Part shown: piece after piece, positions 1 through 9,746 of the stretch | How positions within the stretch are numbered: the first letter of the stretch is position 1 | Layout: the number at the start of each line of letters is the position of its first letter | Position numbers and translations under genes: made by a program | Notes under the pieces: model-generated | Database searches by the model: none | What the model was told of the DNA's origin: nothing | Seen by the model: the letters and a program-made list of their open reading frames with translations, nothing else | Assembly: GCA_041689615.1 (NCBI GenBank) | Contig: JBDNFW010000044.1 | Coordinates: 29,289 to 93,288, forward strand | Source: Gammaproteobacteria bacterium | Lineage (GTDB): Bacteria; Pseudomonadota; Gammaproteobacteria; Eutrophobiales; Eutrophobiaceae | DNA length: 64,000 bases | Direction of reading: 5' to 3'

Positions 1-90
1 TTGCGGTTTCCCTTTTGATTACTCACTCACTTCCCCGTACAAGCTTATGCAAATCATTATGTGGTGTATTCCCTTTCAATTCTAAACGCT

Positions 91-127
91 ATTTTAAACC
101 GCCATTTATACCGTCATTTAAACCGAC
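91..127. repeat. three head-to-tail ~12-bp repeats (ATTTWAWACCGNC) in the AT-rich non-coding stretch
   Basis: read directly: attttaaaccgcc / atttataccgtc / atttaaaccgac. Confidence 0.6.
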
Positions 128-508
128 ACTTTTTTATTCATTTCTTAAATATTTGCTATCTAACTATGCTTTATAAGCTCTAAGTCATTAATATATATAA
201 ATAAAATATTTATTCCTTTTCTAAATACACCGTTTTCGTTTCTAAAGTAAATACCCAGAAAATCAAAACATAATCAAGAAACTCAAACAATCATAATATA
301 TTGATTTTATTATTTATTATTTTGATATTCACCAAATAAAGCCGATATATCGCGCAATAATCAAAACTGAATCAAGAAACTATTTTTGTGGAGCGTGAAA
401 GCCGATATAGACTCCTCAAACTCCTAGGTTACAAACAGTCCTCTTTATCTAAAAATATCAAAATAATCATCTCAAATTGGTTCTATTAATCTTCTAAAGG
501 AAATTCTA

Positions 509-1489
509 TCAGTCCTTTTTCGCCAACATATGCATGATTAAACGTATTAACGTTTCCTTTTGTTTTGGATCTGACTCAGCTACCAACAAGGTTAATGCAG
601 CAAGTCCCGTATCATTAATCGCCACTTCTCCATTCGTATTTAACAATCGACCATTACGATGCAGAAAATCAACAAACAAAAATGCACCGCTACGTTTATT
701 ACCATCACTAAAAGGATGATTCTTCACCACAAAATACAATAAATGAGCCGCTTTACTTTCAATACTCGGATAAGCAGGTTCACCAAATACAGTTTGATCC
801 AGATTACCCAATAAGGAAGCCAAACCATCTTCACGTAATTGGGCAAATAATTCGGTAGCTTCACCACGTTCGATTAAAGATTGTTTTAGATTGTTTATGT
901 TTTGCATTGCTTCGTCAGCACTCGGTAATACGCCCCCAGCCTGTCCTTTAGGATCTACAAGCAAACCTTCATCATAGCGCTGTAGCCACAAAAAGGTTTT
1001 CGTATAACGGCTGACGATATCGACCAAACCACTACCCGCCTCGGCAGTGAGTTCAGGTGATTTAGCCGTCTTTTGGATTAAAGCGATGGCTTGTTGTAGC
1101 TCAGCAGAATTGCTGTCAAAACGCTGTTGATTAATCGCATAGCCCTGAATCAAATAATCTTTTAAGCGTTGTGTGGCCCAAATACGAAATTGGGTACCTC
1201 TTTTCGATTTAACGCGATAACCTACAGAAATGACGACATCCAAATTGTAGTGCTTCACTGAATAAGATTTGCCGTCTTCAGCAGTTGTCCGGAAATTCCG
1301 GACAACTGAATCCTCTACCAACTCACTCTCTTTAAAAATATTACGAATATGCTCAGAAATGGTTCGTTTATTTTTATCAAACAAATCTACCATTTGCGAC
1401 TGACTCAACCAGACAGTATCCTGTTCACCATCTAGCCGCACTTCCACTTGTTGATTTTCGGTTTCATAAATCAATATTTCATTTTTCAT
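509..1489 (-). CDS. Fic/Doc-family protein with N-terminal RhuM-like domain (type I R-M associated)
   Basis: The C-terminal motif HPFSDGNKRSGAF fits the Doc-type HxFx[DN][AG]NKR motif. The N-terminal ~120 aa (IYETENQQVEVRL...SISEHIRNIF...VKHYNLDVVISVGYRVKS) resembles RhuM-family proteins often found inside type I R-M operons. It lies 17 nt downstream of hsdS. Confidence 0.8.
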   Translation of the reverse strand: MKNEILIYETENQQVEVRLDGEQDTVWLSQSQMVDLFDKNKRTISEHIRNIFKESELVEDSVVRNFRTTAEDGKSYSVKHYNLDVVISVGYRVKSKRGTQFRIWATQRLKDYLIQGYAINQQRFDSNSAELQQAIALIQKTAKSPELTAEAGSGLVDIVSRYTKTFLWLQRYDEGLLVDPKGQAGGVLPSADEAMQNINNLKQSLIERGEATELFAQLREDGLASLLGNLDQTVFGEPAYPSIESKAAHLLYFVVKNHPFSDGNKRSGAFLFVDFLHRNGRLLNTNGEVAINDTGLAALTLLVAESDPKQKETLIRLIMHMLAKKD

Positions 1490-1506
1490 CGTTCACCTTC
1501 CTTGTG

Positions 1507-3318
1507 TCATTTAACATACTTACCACGTCCTACTGGTTCCAGGCTTTGGCCACGAATCCATTCAATGGCTATAAAGAAACGTTTTCTGGGAATATTTAAC
1601 TTACTCTCATGCCAATTCTCTCTTGCTGCCAAGACAATCGCTTCATCTGTAATCTCTACCTTTTCCAATAACAAATTATTCCAGGCCGCATAAACTGTTG
1701 CAAAAATCTCAGCTCTCTCAGTATTCATTTTCACCATTAAACGAATCAAGTTATCAACATCCGTGTTCTGTTTTGCTAATGCAGCCCTTGTCTTCTCAAC
1801 TAATTTATTAAATTGGCTTTTCTTGATAAGTCGATAGCCCGAGGCTTCATTTCCAGTGAACTCAAAAAAACCAGCTTTCTTTGCTCTTGGCTCTACTTTC
1901 TTTTTAAAGCGCTGATAGTCATTTGGCCCTGCCGCATCTTGAATTGGATTACGGCCTAAATTAATACCTAAAAGTGCTTCTGTCATATGCGCAATCTTTT
2001 CTGCTTTAACATGACCAAATTGATTTTCTTTCCCTTCTTTCTCATGCTGCAAATAGGCAATACTAAGAATGCCTGCATGTAAATCCGTTGTACTGATATT
2101 AGGGATAGTTATAGGGAAAGGAATTACATTTGAACTGTCCGTGTTATCAGCCGTTAACTGACCAGAAAAAGCTTTTTGCAGGATGGATTTTTTTAGTTCT
2201 TCTAGCCTTTTTAATTTTGAATAATATATATATTCAATACGATTAATTTTATTACTCATATCATCAATAGACTCAAGCAATTTTTCTTGTACCTTCGGAT
2301 TAGAAGGAAACGTAATGACTACATTCTTTAAGCTTGTATTGCTCAAATTTTTCATCGTCGCGCCAGTCGCTACTTTTTCTAAGTCTTTACGATACTTTGA
2401 AGATCGTAACAAACTTGTCAAGTAATACGGATTAAGAATATTTGACGGCTTAATATAGAAACAACCCGTTCCACATATATAACCTTCTTGATCTTTTTCA
2501 ACAACAGCACAACGCCCTATTTCACCACGCCGACTAATAACAACATCACCAGACGAAAGAACATATGTTTTTAATCTATCAACTGTTTCGGCACTAACCG
2601 TTTTGGAATTATTTGGAATAATTATATCACCTACAATATTAATCGGATTTACCAATGGAATTCCTCCTTCTACATAATCCGACTTATGCAGCATTGAACC
2701 AAATGGTCCAGTCGAAACTGAAGTAACAGCACCTTGTAATTTGGTTTCAACCCATCCATCTCCACTTTGGCTAAACATTTGCTGCAAATAGCTTTCAAAT
2801 AATTCGCGGGCATTTTTTAGATTTTGTTCGGCATTAGCGCGAGCTTTGTCGATGTCAACAAAGGTTTGATCGAGAATAGCGACGATGCGCTTTTGTTCGG
2901 ATAACGGTGGGAGAGGAAAGTCAAAAGTTAAAACCTCCTTCACATTCGCTCTAGGCATTCTGGCACCAGTACAAGTTTTATCTATAGCTTCAACAACTGG
3001 GCGACTTGTAAACCAATAAAAAAGAAACTTCTTGCTAACTAAACTAGATGGCTTTAAAGGAAAAATTTCAGAGGAACAATGCCCCTCAAACTCTGGAACT
3101 AGAACCTTATTCAGATATGGTCGCAAACGCCCATATAAAATATGATCTGTCGAAAATCGAAATGTAGAACTAGCTACAGTCTTTGGTGTTAAATCGCCAA
3201 TAAATTTACCAGTATGACCTTCAATATCCTCCATACCAATGTAAGGCAAATCACCTTCTCTAAATTGAGTTTTTTCTATAACACAAACATCACTAAGTTT
3301 TTTTACTTCCCAGCCCAT
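1507..3318 (-). CDS. hsdS: type I restriction-modification specificity subunit HsdS with ~214-aa C-terminal extension
   Basis: Two target-recognition regions are separated by conserved helices (PLPPLSEQKRIVAILD...; ...KLKRLEELKKSILQKAFSGQL). It overlaps the hsdM stop by 1 nt. Residues ~390-603 lie beyond a normal HsdS. Confidence 0.85.
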   Translation of the reverse strand: MGWEVKKLSDVCVIEKTQFREGDLPYIGMEDIEGHTGKFIGDLTPKTVASSTFRFSTDHILYGRLRPYLNKVLVPEFEGHCSSEIFPLKPSSLVSKKFLFYWFTSRPVVEAIDKTCTGARMPRANVKEVLTFDFPLPPLSEQKRIVAILDQTFVDIDKARANAEQNLKNARELFESYLQQMFSQSGDGWVETKLQGAVTSVSTGPFGSMLHKSDYVEGGIPLVNPINIVGDIIIPNNSKTVSAETVDRLKTYVLSSGDVVISRRGEIGRCAVVEKDQEGYICGTGCFYIKPSNILNPYYLTSLLRSSKYRKDLEKVATGATMKNLSNTSLKNVVITFPSNPKVQEKLLESIDDMSNKINRIEYIYYSKLKRLEELKKSILQKAFSGQLTADNTDSSNVIPFPITIPNISTTDLHAGILSIAYLQHEKEGKENQFGHVKAEKIAHMTEALLGINLGRNPIQDAAGPNDYQRFKKKVEPRAKKAGFFEFTGNEASGYRLIKKSQFNKLVEKTRAALAKQNTDVDNLIRLMVKMNTERAEIFATVYAAWNNLLLEKVEITDEAIVLAARENWHESKLNIPRKRFFIAIEWIRGQSLEPVGRGKYVK

Positions 3319-4787
3319 TAACCAACAACCTTTTGAATACTACTCAAAATATCTTCACTTGCTTTATCCAAGGCTATAATCTCTTCAATAATTACTGAAG
3401 GTTCACGCACCACAACTTCATCATCAATATTAGGATTCTTAACGGATAAGTCCCAAGTAGTTTCATCAATTTCACTGACATTAAATGACCATGACTGTTC
3501 TGAATCAGCAAACGTTTTTTGTACCTTAACAAAGTCTTTTAGATCGTTGTCGTTAAGCGGATTGGTTTTACCTAAAGAACGACCTACATCTAATTGGTAG
3601 TACCAGACCTTTTGCGTTGGCTCGCCTTTTTCAAAAAACAATACGACGGTTTTAACACCAGCACCGAGAAATGTTTTTGCGGGACAATCGAGTACAGTAT
3701 GCAGGTTACAGTTTTCCAATAATTCTTTACGCAAAGCTATTGCTGCGTTATCGGTATTTGACAGGAAAGTGTTTTTAATGACGATTGCCGCACGACCACC
3801 GGGTTTCAACATCTTCATAAAATGTTGTAAAAACAAAAAGGCGGTCTCGCCGGTTTTAATGGTGAAGTTTTGTTGCACTTCTTTACGCTCTTTGCCACCA
3901 AAGGGGGGATTGGCAAGAATAATATTGTGTTGTTGGCTTGGTTGTATGTCGGCAATGTTTTCAGCCAGTGTATTGGTATGTAATACATTAGGTGCTTCGA
4001 TACCGTGCAAGATCATATTCATAATTGCGATGACATACGCCAGTGATTTTTTCTCTTTTGCGTAGAAGGTTTTTTCTTGCAGGGTTTTTAGTTTAGACGT
4101 TGATAATTGTTTTTTAGTTGCGCCGCCTTGTCGTAAATAATCAAACGCTTCGCAAAGAAAGCCCGCTGATCCTGCTGCGCCATCATAAATCGTTTCGCCG
4201 ATTTTTGGTTGGACAACATCAATCATGGCGCGAATAAGTGGACGCGGCGTGTAGTATTCACCACCATTACGACCGGCATTGCCCATGTTTTTTATTTTGC
4301 TTTCGTACAGATGTGACAGCTCGTGTTTTTCTTCCTGCGAGCGAAAATGTAATTCGTCTACTTTTTCCAGTGCATCTCGTAGGGAATAACCACTCTGGAT
4401 CTTGTTTTTGATCTCGCCAAAGATTTCGCCAATCTTGTATTCAATCGTATTCGGATCGGTCGCACGTTGTTTAAATCCTTTTAAGTAGGGAAATAACTCA
4501 CCATCGACATAGTCCATTAAGTCTGATCCAGTAAGCGCATTGTTATGATCAAACTGTCCTTCTGCATCTTTCGGTGCCGCCCAGTTACCCCAACGATGCT
4601 GTTCATCAATGATGTATTGGTATTCTTTATCTTCTAATTCTGCTTGCAGGAATTTTTCGTGCTCAAGATCATCTAGGTATCTAAGGAACAACATCCACGA
4701 GGTTTGCTCGGTATAATCCAGTTCACTGGAGCAACCTGCGTCTTTGTGCAGTATGTCGTCGATGTTTTTAAAGGTTTGTTCAAACAT
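3318..4787 (-). CDS. hsdM: type I R-M N6-adenine DNA methyltransferase HsdM
   Basis: N-terminal HsdM domain (LFLRYLDD), AdoMet motif (DGAAGSAGFL), catalytic NPPFGG. Confidence 0.92.
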   Translation of the reverse strand: MFEQTFKNIDDILHKDAGCSSELDYTEQTSWMLFLRYLDDLEHEKFLQAELEDKEYQYIIDEQHRWGNWAAPKDAEGQFDHNNALTGSDLMDYVDGELFPYLKGFKQRATDPNTIEYKIGEIFGEIKNKIQSGYSLRDALEKVDELHFRSQEEKHELSHLYESKIKNMGNAGRNGGEYYTPRPLIRAMIDVVQPKIGETIYDGAAGSAGFLCEAFDYLRQGGATKKQLSTSKLKTLQEKTFYAKEKKSLAYVIAIMNMILHGIEAPNVLHTNTLAENIADIQPSQQHNIILANPPFGGKERKEVQQNFTIKTGETAFLFLQHFMKMLKPGGRAAIVIKNTFLSNTDNAAIALRKELLENCNLHTVLDCPAKTFLGAGVKTVVLFFEKGEPTQKVWYYQLDVGRSLGKTNPLNDNDLKDFVKVQKTFADSEQSWSFNVSEIDETTWDLSVKNPNIDDEVVVREPSVIIEEIIALDKASEDILSSIQKVVG

Positions 4788-4880
4788 TTATAGTTCTTCT
4801 CATGACCGCGATCTATGGGGCTTATTGCCATCTTATTTTGTACTTTAATTCACTGCTGTCTCTTTTACTTAACAGGTGAT

Positions 4881-4972
4881 CATACCCGCGTCGGCGGGAA
4901 ACCAGTGGATTATGTCATCACGCTAATCAATATCGTACTGGGACTTACTGGATACCCGCCGACGCGGGTATG
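4881..4972. repeat. palindromic element: 18-bp perfect inverted repeats around a 56-bp spacer
   Basis: CATACCCGCGTCGGCGGG (4881-4898) is the exact reverse complement of CCCGCCGACGCGGGTATG (4955-4972). Confidence 0.9.
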
Positions 4973-5157
4973 ACGAACGTTATTTATATCTTACTCGTAA
5001 ACTCTTTCAACTACGCTTCCCGGATAAGATTAAGTAAGGTCCTGTTCACTTTGGATCTCTCATCTCTAAAATTCCTTTTATAGACTAATAAGCCATTAAT
5101 CCTATCATGCATGAAATCCATAACCCATTGAAATTCATATATATTTAAATAAGAATA

Positions 5158-5207
5158 ATTCCCGACTAAACTAATCAACTATATACTTGACTAATTTACT
5201 AGGTTAT
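5158..5207 (+). promoter_or_regulatory. two abutting IscR type-1-like operator sites upstream of iscR
   Basis: ATTCCCGACTAAACTAATCAACTAT and ATACTTGACTAATTTACTAGGTTAT match the remembered consensus ATASYYGACTRWWWYAGTCRRSTAT at about 21 of 25 positions each (hand count). The second site overlaps a TTGACT -35-like hexamer. Confidence 0.5.
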
Positions 5208-5253
5208 GTGAATCTTGCTGCCCCGTTTAAGGGCATATTGAGAGAAAACGACG

Positions 5254-5718
5254 ATGAAAATGACAACAAAAGGACGATATGCGGTAACCGCGATGCTGGA
5301 TTTGGCGCTGCATGATGGCGATGGACCAGTAAATTTGTCTGAGATTTCTCAACGTCAGGATATTTCTCTGACTTATCTCGAACAATTGTTCGGCAAGTTA
5401 AGACGGCATGGATTAATAGAAAGCGCACGCGGTCCGGGTGGCGGCTATCGATTGGCAATGAATCCGGATGAAATCAGTATTGCCAAAGTTGTTTATTCGG
5501 TTGATGAACCAATCGATATTACCCGCTGCGGTGGTAAACAAAATTGTCAGAACGACGAACGTTGTTTAACGCATGATCTATGGATGGAATTGAATCGTCA
5601 CGTTTCTGATTTTTTAAACGGCATTACATTGGGCGATTTGATTCAACGAAATAATGTAAAGAAAGTATCAGAACGACAAGACGTCATCTTAATGCAACTA
5701 CACAAACAGAAGCACTAA
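5254..5718 (+). CDS. iscR: Rrf2-family Fe-S cluster regulator IscR
   Basis: TTKGRYAVTAMLDLAL..., wHTH region, and three Cys in the CGG..C.....C region. It heads the suf operon. Confidence 0.85.
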   Translation: MKMTTKGRYAVTAMLDLALHDGDGPVNLSEISQRQDISLTYLEQLFGKLRRHGLIESARGPGGGYRLAMNPDEISIAKVVYSVDEPIDITRCGGKQNCQNDERCLTHDLWMELNRHVSDFLNGITLGDLIQRNNVKKVSERQDVILMQLHKQKH

Positions 5719-5723
5719 ATATT

Positions 5724-6077
5724 ATGAATAATGAAATGACAATTAATCTGACTGACAGTGCAAAAGAGCACATACAGAAAGTTCTCGCAAAAGATGAGAA
5801 CGGTATTGGCTTGCGTGTTGGTGTTAAAACAACCGGTTGTTCCGGCTATCAATACGTAATTGAAACGGCCAAAGAAATTAACGATGAAGATAAACAGATT
5901 GAATCGAATGGTGTCAAAATCATAGTCGATGAACAAAGTTTGCGTTATCTCGCCGGCACTGAACTCGACTTTACTCGAGAAGGTTTGAACTCAGGTTTTA
6001 AATTCAAGAATCCAAACGTAGAAGAGTCTTGTGGTTGTGGCGAAAGCTTTAACCTTAAAGAAGGTGTGGAGAAATAA
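5724..6077 (+). CDS. sufA: A-type Fe-S carrier (SufA/IscA family)
   Basis: HesB/IscA signature including C-terminal CGCGESF; position in operon. Confidence 0.85.
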   Translation: MNNEMTINLTDSAKEHIQKVLAKDENGIGLRVGVKTTGCSGYQYVIETAKEINDEDKQIESNGVKIIVDEQSLRYLAGTELDFTREGLNSGFKFKNPNVEESCGCGESFNLKEGVEK

Positions 6078-6079
6078 AC

Positions 6080-7528
6080 ATGTCTACTAATAGTGAAAAG
6101 ATGGAAGAGCTTGTTGGCAAAGAATATGAACATGGCTTTGTTACCGACATTGATTCCGACACTGTAGCAGCGGGTCTTAGCGAAGAAACTATTGCTTTTA
6201 TCTCTGCAAAAAAAGAAGAGCCTGAATGGTTACTCAAATGGCGATTAAAAGCCTATCGTCACTGGTTAACGATGGAAGACCCAACCTGGGCGCATCTTGA
6301 TATAGAACATATCGACTATCAGGCGATCTCTTATTATTCAGCGCCAAAGAAAAAAGGTGACGGCCCACAGAGTCTGGACGAAGTCGATCCAAAATTATTA
6401 GAGACTTATGAAAAGCTAGGTATTCCACTTCAAGAACAAAAATTTTTAGCAGGTGTTGCAGTTGACGCTGTGTTTGATAGTGTTTCTGTTGCAACAACAT
6501 TCAAAGGCAAACTTGCAGATGCGGGTGTTATTTTCTGTTCTTTTTCTGAGGCGGTTAAAGAACATCCTGAACTCGTTAAAAAATATTTAGGTACCGTTGT
6601 ACCTGCAGCGGATAATTTTTTCGCGGCATTAAACTCCGCCGTATTTACTGATGGTTCATTTGTTTATATTCCAAAAGGCGTACGTTGCCCGATGGAATTA
6701 TCAACATACTTTAGAATTAATGCATCAAACACCGGACAATTTGAACGCACCTTGATCATTGCTGATGAAGCTAGCCATGTCAGTTATCTTGAAGGCTGTA
6801 CTGCGCCGATGCGCGATGAAAACCAGTTACACGCTGCTGTGGTCGAGTTAGTTGCGTTAGAAGACGCACAAATAAAATACTCGACTGTTCAAAACTGGTA
6901 TCCCGGTGATGAAAATGGTGTTGGCGGCATTTATAACTTTGTAACCAAACGTGCGGATTGCCGCGGTAATAATTCAAAAGTGTCATGGACACAAGTTGAA
7001 ACGGGTTCGGCGATCACCTGGAAATATCCAAGTTGTATTTTGAAAGGCGATAACTCGGTTGGTGAGTTTTATTCAGTTGCCGTAACTAATAATCATCAAC
7101 AAGCCGATACCGGCACGAAGATGATTCATATTGGCAAGAACACGCGTAGCACGATTATCTCAAAAGGTATTTCTGCAAAGAAAGCGCAACAAGCCTATCG
7201 AGGATTGGTAAAAATAAGTAAGAGTGCTGAAAACGCCAGAAACTATACCCAATGTGATTCTTTATTAATGGGTGACCAATGTGGCGCACATACCTTCCCT
7301 TATATCGAAGTTAAAAATTCAACCGCGACTGTCGAACATGAAGCTACGACATCGAAAATTGGTGATGATCAATTGTTTTACTGCTTACAACGCGGCATCA
7401 AAGAAGAAGATGCTATCAACATGATCGTTAATGGCTTTTGCAAAGAAGTCTTTAAAGAATTACCAATGGAGTTTGCTGTTGAAGCGCAAAAATTATTAGG
7501 CATTACTCTCGAAGGTGCGGTCGGTTAA
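6080..7528 (+). CDS. sufB: Fe-S cluster assembly scaffold SufB
   Basis: full-length SufB-like sequence (482 aa); operon context. Confidence 0.92.
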   Translation: MSTNSEKMEELVGKEYEHGFVTDIDSDTVAAGLSEETIAFISAKKEEPEWLLKWRLKAYRHWLTMEDPTWAHLDIEHIDYQAISYYSAPKKKGDGPQSLDEVDPKLLETYEKLGIPLQEQKFLAGVAVDAVFDSVSVATTFKGKLADAGVIFCSFSEAVKEHPELVKKYLGTVVPAADNFFAALNSAVFTDGSFVYIPKGVRCPMELSTYFRINASNTGQFERTLIIADEASHVSYLEGCTAPMRDENQLHAAVVELVALEDAQIKYSTVQNWYPGDENGVGGIYNFVTKRADCRGNNSKVSWTQVETGSAITWKYPSCILKGDNSVGEFYSVAVTNNHQQADTGTKMIHIGKNTRSTIISKGISAKKAQQAYRGLVKISKSAENARNYTQCDSLLMGDQCGAHTFPYIEVKNSTATVEHEATTSKIGDDQLFYCLQRGIKEEDAINMIVNGFCKEVFKELPMEFAVEAQKLLGITLEGAVG

Positions 7529-7556
7529 TTATTATTTACAGGAATAAACAATGTTC

Positions 7557-7627
7557 ACTTGCAATTGCGACTGTATCGCTTAGAGCGCCTACTGTTGATG
7601 CAAGTATTTCCGCCTTCCATGGCGGTC
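7557..7627. repeat. hairpin element inside the sufB-sufC spacer (related to the 23.2-kb and 36.0-kb hairpin clusters)
   Basis: The ACTTGCA...TGCAAGT stem is followed by CCGCCTTCCATGGCGG. That sequence is the reverse complement, with 1 mismatch, of CCGCCATGGATGGCGG seen at 23231 and 36007. Confidence 0.7.
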
Positions 7628-7650
7628 AAACAAATATGAGATAAAAACTT

Positions 7651-8403
7651 ATGTTAAATATTAAAAATTTACACGCAAAGGTTGAAGACAAGGAAATACT
7701 GAAAGGCTTAAACCTGAATGTTAAAGCTGGCGAAGTACATGCCATTATGGGGCCAAACGGTTCAGGCAAAAGTACGCTAGCTAATGTCCTCGCGGGTAAA
7801 AATGGTTATGAAGTAACTAAAGGTAGCGTTGAATATGAAGGTAAAGATTTGCTTGAACTCGCACCCGAAGAACGTGCATGGGCAGGTGTATTTCTCGCTT
7901 TTCAATATCCAGTTGAAATTCCCGGTGTGAATAATGTTTACTTATTAAAAGCGGCGGTTAATGCCATACGTAAAAATCGTGGCGAACAAGAACTGGATGC
8001 GGTTGAGTTCTTAGCCCTGGTTAAAGAAAAAATGAAGCTGGTTAAGATGAAAGAAGATTTACTTAATCGTGCCGTTAATGAAGGTTTCTCTGGTGGCGAG
8101 AAGAAACGAAACGAAATTTTTCAGATGGCTGTTCTTGAACCTAAGCTGGCTATTCTTGATGAAACGGACTCAGGCCTTGATATTGATGCATTGAAAATTG
8201 TTGCTGAAGGGGTCAATAGTTTACGTAGTCCAGAACGTTCCATTATTTTAGTTACACATTACCAACGTTTACTGGATTACATTAAGCCTGATCATGTTCA
8301 TGTATTAAGTAACGGAAAAATTATTAAGTCTGGCGGCCCTGAACTTGCGCTCGAACTTGAAGAAAAGGGTTACGACTGGCTCGAAGAGATTGAAGCTGCA
8401 TGA
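7651..8403 (+). CDS. sufC: Fe-S cluster assembly ATPase SufC
   Basis: Walker [13 protein letters not shown] signature FSGGEKKR, Walker [11 protein letters not shown]. Confidence 0.93.
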   Translation: MLNIKNLHAKVEDKEILKGLNLNVKAGEVHAIMGPNGSGKSTLANVLAGKNGYEVTKGSVEYEGKDLLELAPEERAWAGVFLAFQYPVEIPGVNNVYLLKAAVNAIRKNRGEQELDAVEFLALVKEKMKLVKMKEDLLNRAVNEGFSGGEKKRNEIFQMAVLEPKLAILDETDSGLDIDALKIVAEGVNSLRSPERSIILVTHYQRLLDYIKPDHVHVLSNGKIIKSGGPELALELEEKGYDWLEEIEAA

Positions 8404-9746
8404 GCCAAGACCAGATGAACAATAATATTCAACATTACCTCAATGATTTTGAGCAGCTTGACGATAACGTTAAATCTGATTGGTTTTCGGAACAGCGCAA
8501 GTCAGCATTAAATCTTTTTAAAGAAACCGGCTTTCCTCGCACACGCCAGGAAAACTGGAAATACACTGACACGCGCCCTATAGCAAAAAAATCTTTTTCT
8601 TATACTAATAATCAATCTGTATCGATTAGTACAGAAGAAATTGATGCGATTCGATTTCAAGGACTTGATTGCTACGAATTAGTTTTTGTTAATGGCGTTT
8701 ATTCTAAAGAACATTCTCGTATTGATGGCTTACCTGAGGGTACTGTTATTGAAAACATGGCAGATGCACTTGCGAAAGACAGCGAGTTATTAAAAAAACA
8801 TTTAGCACAATACGCAGATAATAAAGTTAGTCCGTTTACTGCATTGAATACGGCATTCATCCAACACGGCACTTATATCGATGTGCCGAAGAACACTGTT
8901 ATTGAAAAACCAATCAATGTTTTATATCTATCAAAAGAGTCTGCTAAGCCATTTGCTGCTCACACAAGAAACTTAATCGTCATGAGCGAGCATTCGGAAG
9001 CAACTCTGATCGAAAGTTATATCGGTCTTGATGATGCAAATTATTTTACCAATACCGTTACCGAAGTTTCATTAGCTCCTTCGGCCATACTCAAGCATTA
9101 TAAAATTCAACAGGAAAGTTTGAATGCTTATCACATTGGTAACCTAAATGTGGTACAGGGCAAAGACAGTCGCTTTGAATCAAATTCAATTTCGCTGGGT
9201 GGCTCTCTGGTTCGAAATGATATTAATGGGCAACTTGCTGCCGAAGGCGCAAGCATTGTTATGAATGGTCTATACATGACTAATAATAAACAACACGTTG
9301 ATAACCATACGCGTGTCGATCATTTAAAACCTAATACCCACAGTTCAGAAAATTACCGTGGCGTATTGAACGGTAAAAGTCGTGCTGTATTTAATGGCAA
9401 GGTTGTTGTTCATCCGCAAGCACAAAAAATTGAAGCACACCAAAACAACGCTAATCTATTGTTGTCTGATGATGCTGAGATCGACACCAAGCCTGAACTG
9501 GAAATTTATGCTGACGATGTTAAATGCAGTCATGGTGCTACTGTCGGTCAACTGGATCAAAATATGTTGTTCTATCTTCGTTCACGTGCGATTGATGAAG
9601 AAACTGCGAAAAGTCTTTTAACTTATGCTTTTGCTGATGAAGTAATCAGGGACATTAGTTTTGCACCAGTCAAAAATAGACTTGAATATTTAATCGTCGG
9701 TCGCTTACCCGATGCTGATTTAATTCGTGAGTTTACCAATGAATAG
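8400..9746 (+). CDS. sufD: Fe-S cluster assembly protein SufD
   Basis: SufB/SufD-family C-terminal beta-helix region; overlaps the sufC stop. Confidence 0.88.
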   Translation: MSQDQMNNNIQHYLNDFEQLDDNVKSDWFSEQRKSALNLFKETGFPRTRQENWKYTDTRPIAKKSFSYTNNQSVSISTEEIDAIRFQGLDCYELVFVNGVYSKEHSRIDGLPEGTVIENMADALAKDSELLKKHLAQYADNKVSPFTALNTAFIQHGTYIDVPKNTVIEKPINVLYLSKESAKPFAAHTRNLIVMSEHSEATLIESYIGLDDANYFTNTVTEVSLAPSAILKHYKIQQESLNAYHIGNLNVVQGKDSRFESNSISLGGSLVRNDINGQLAAEGASIVMNGLYMTNNKQHVDNHTRVDHLKPNTHSSENYRGVLNGKSRAVFNGKVVVHPQAQKIEAHQNNANLLLSDDAEIDTKPELEIYADDVKCSHGATVGQLDQNMLFYLRSRAIDEETAKSLLTYAFADEVIRDISFAPVKNRLEYLIVGRLPDADLIREFTNE

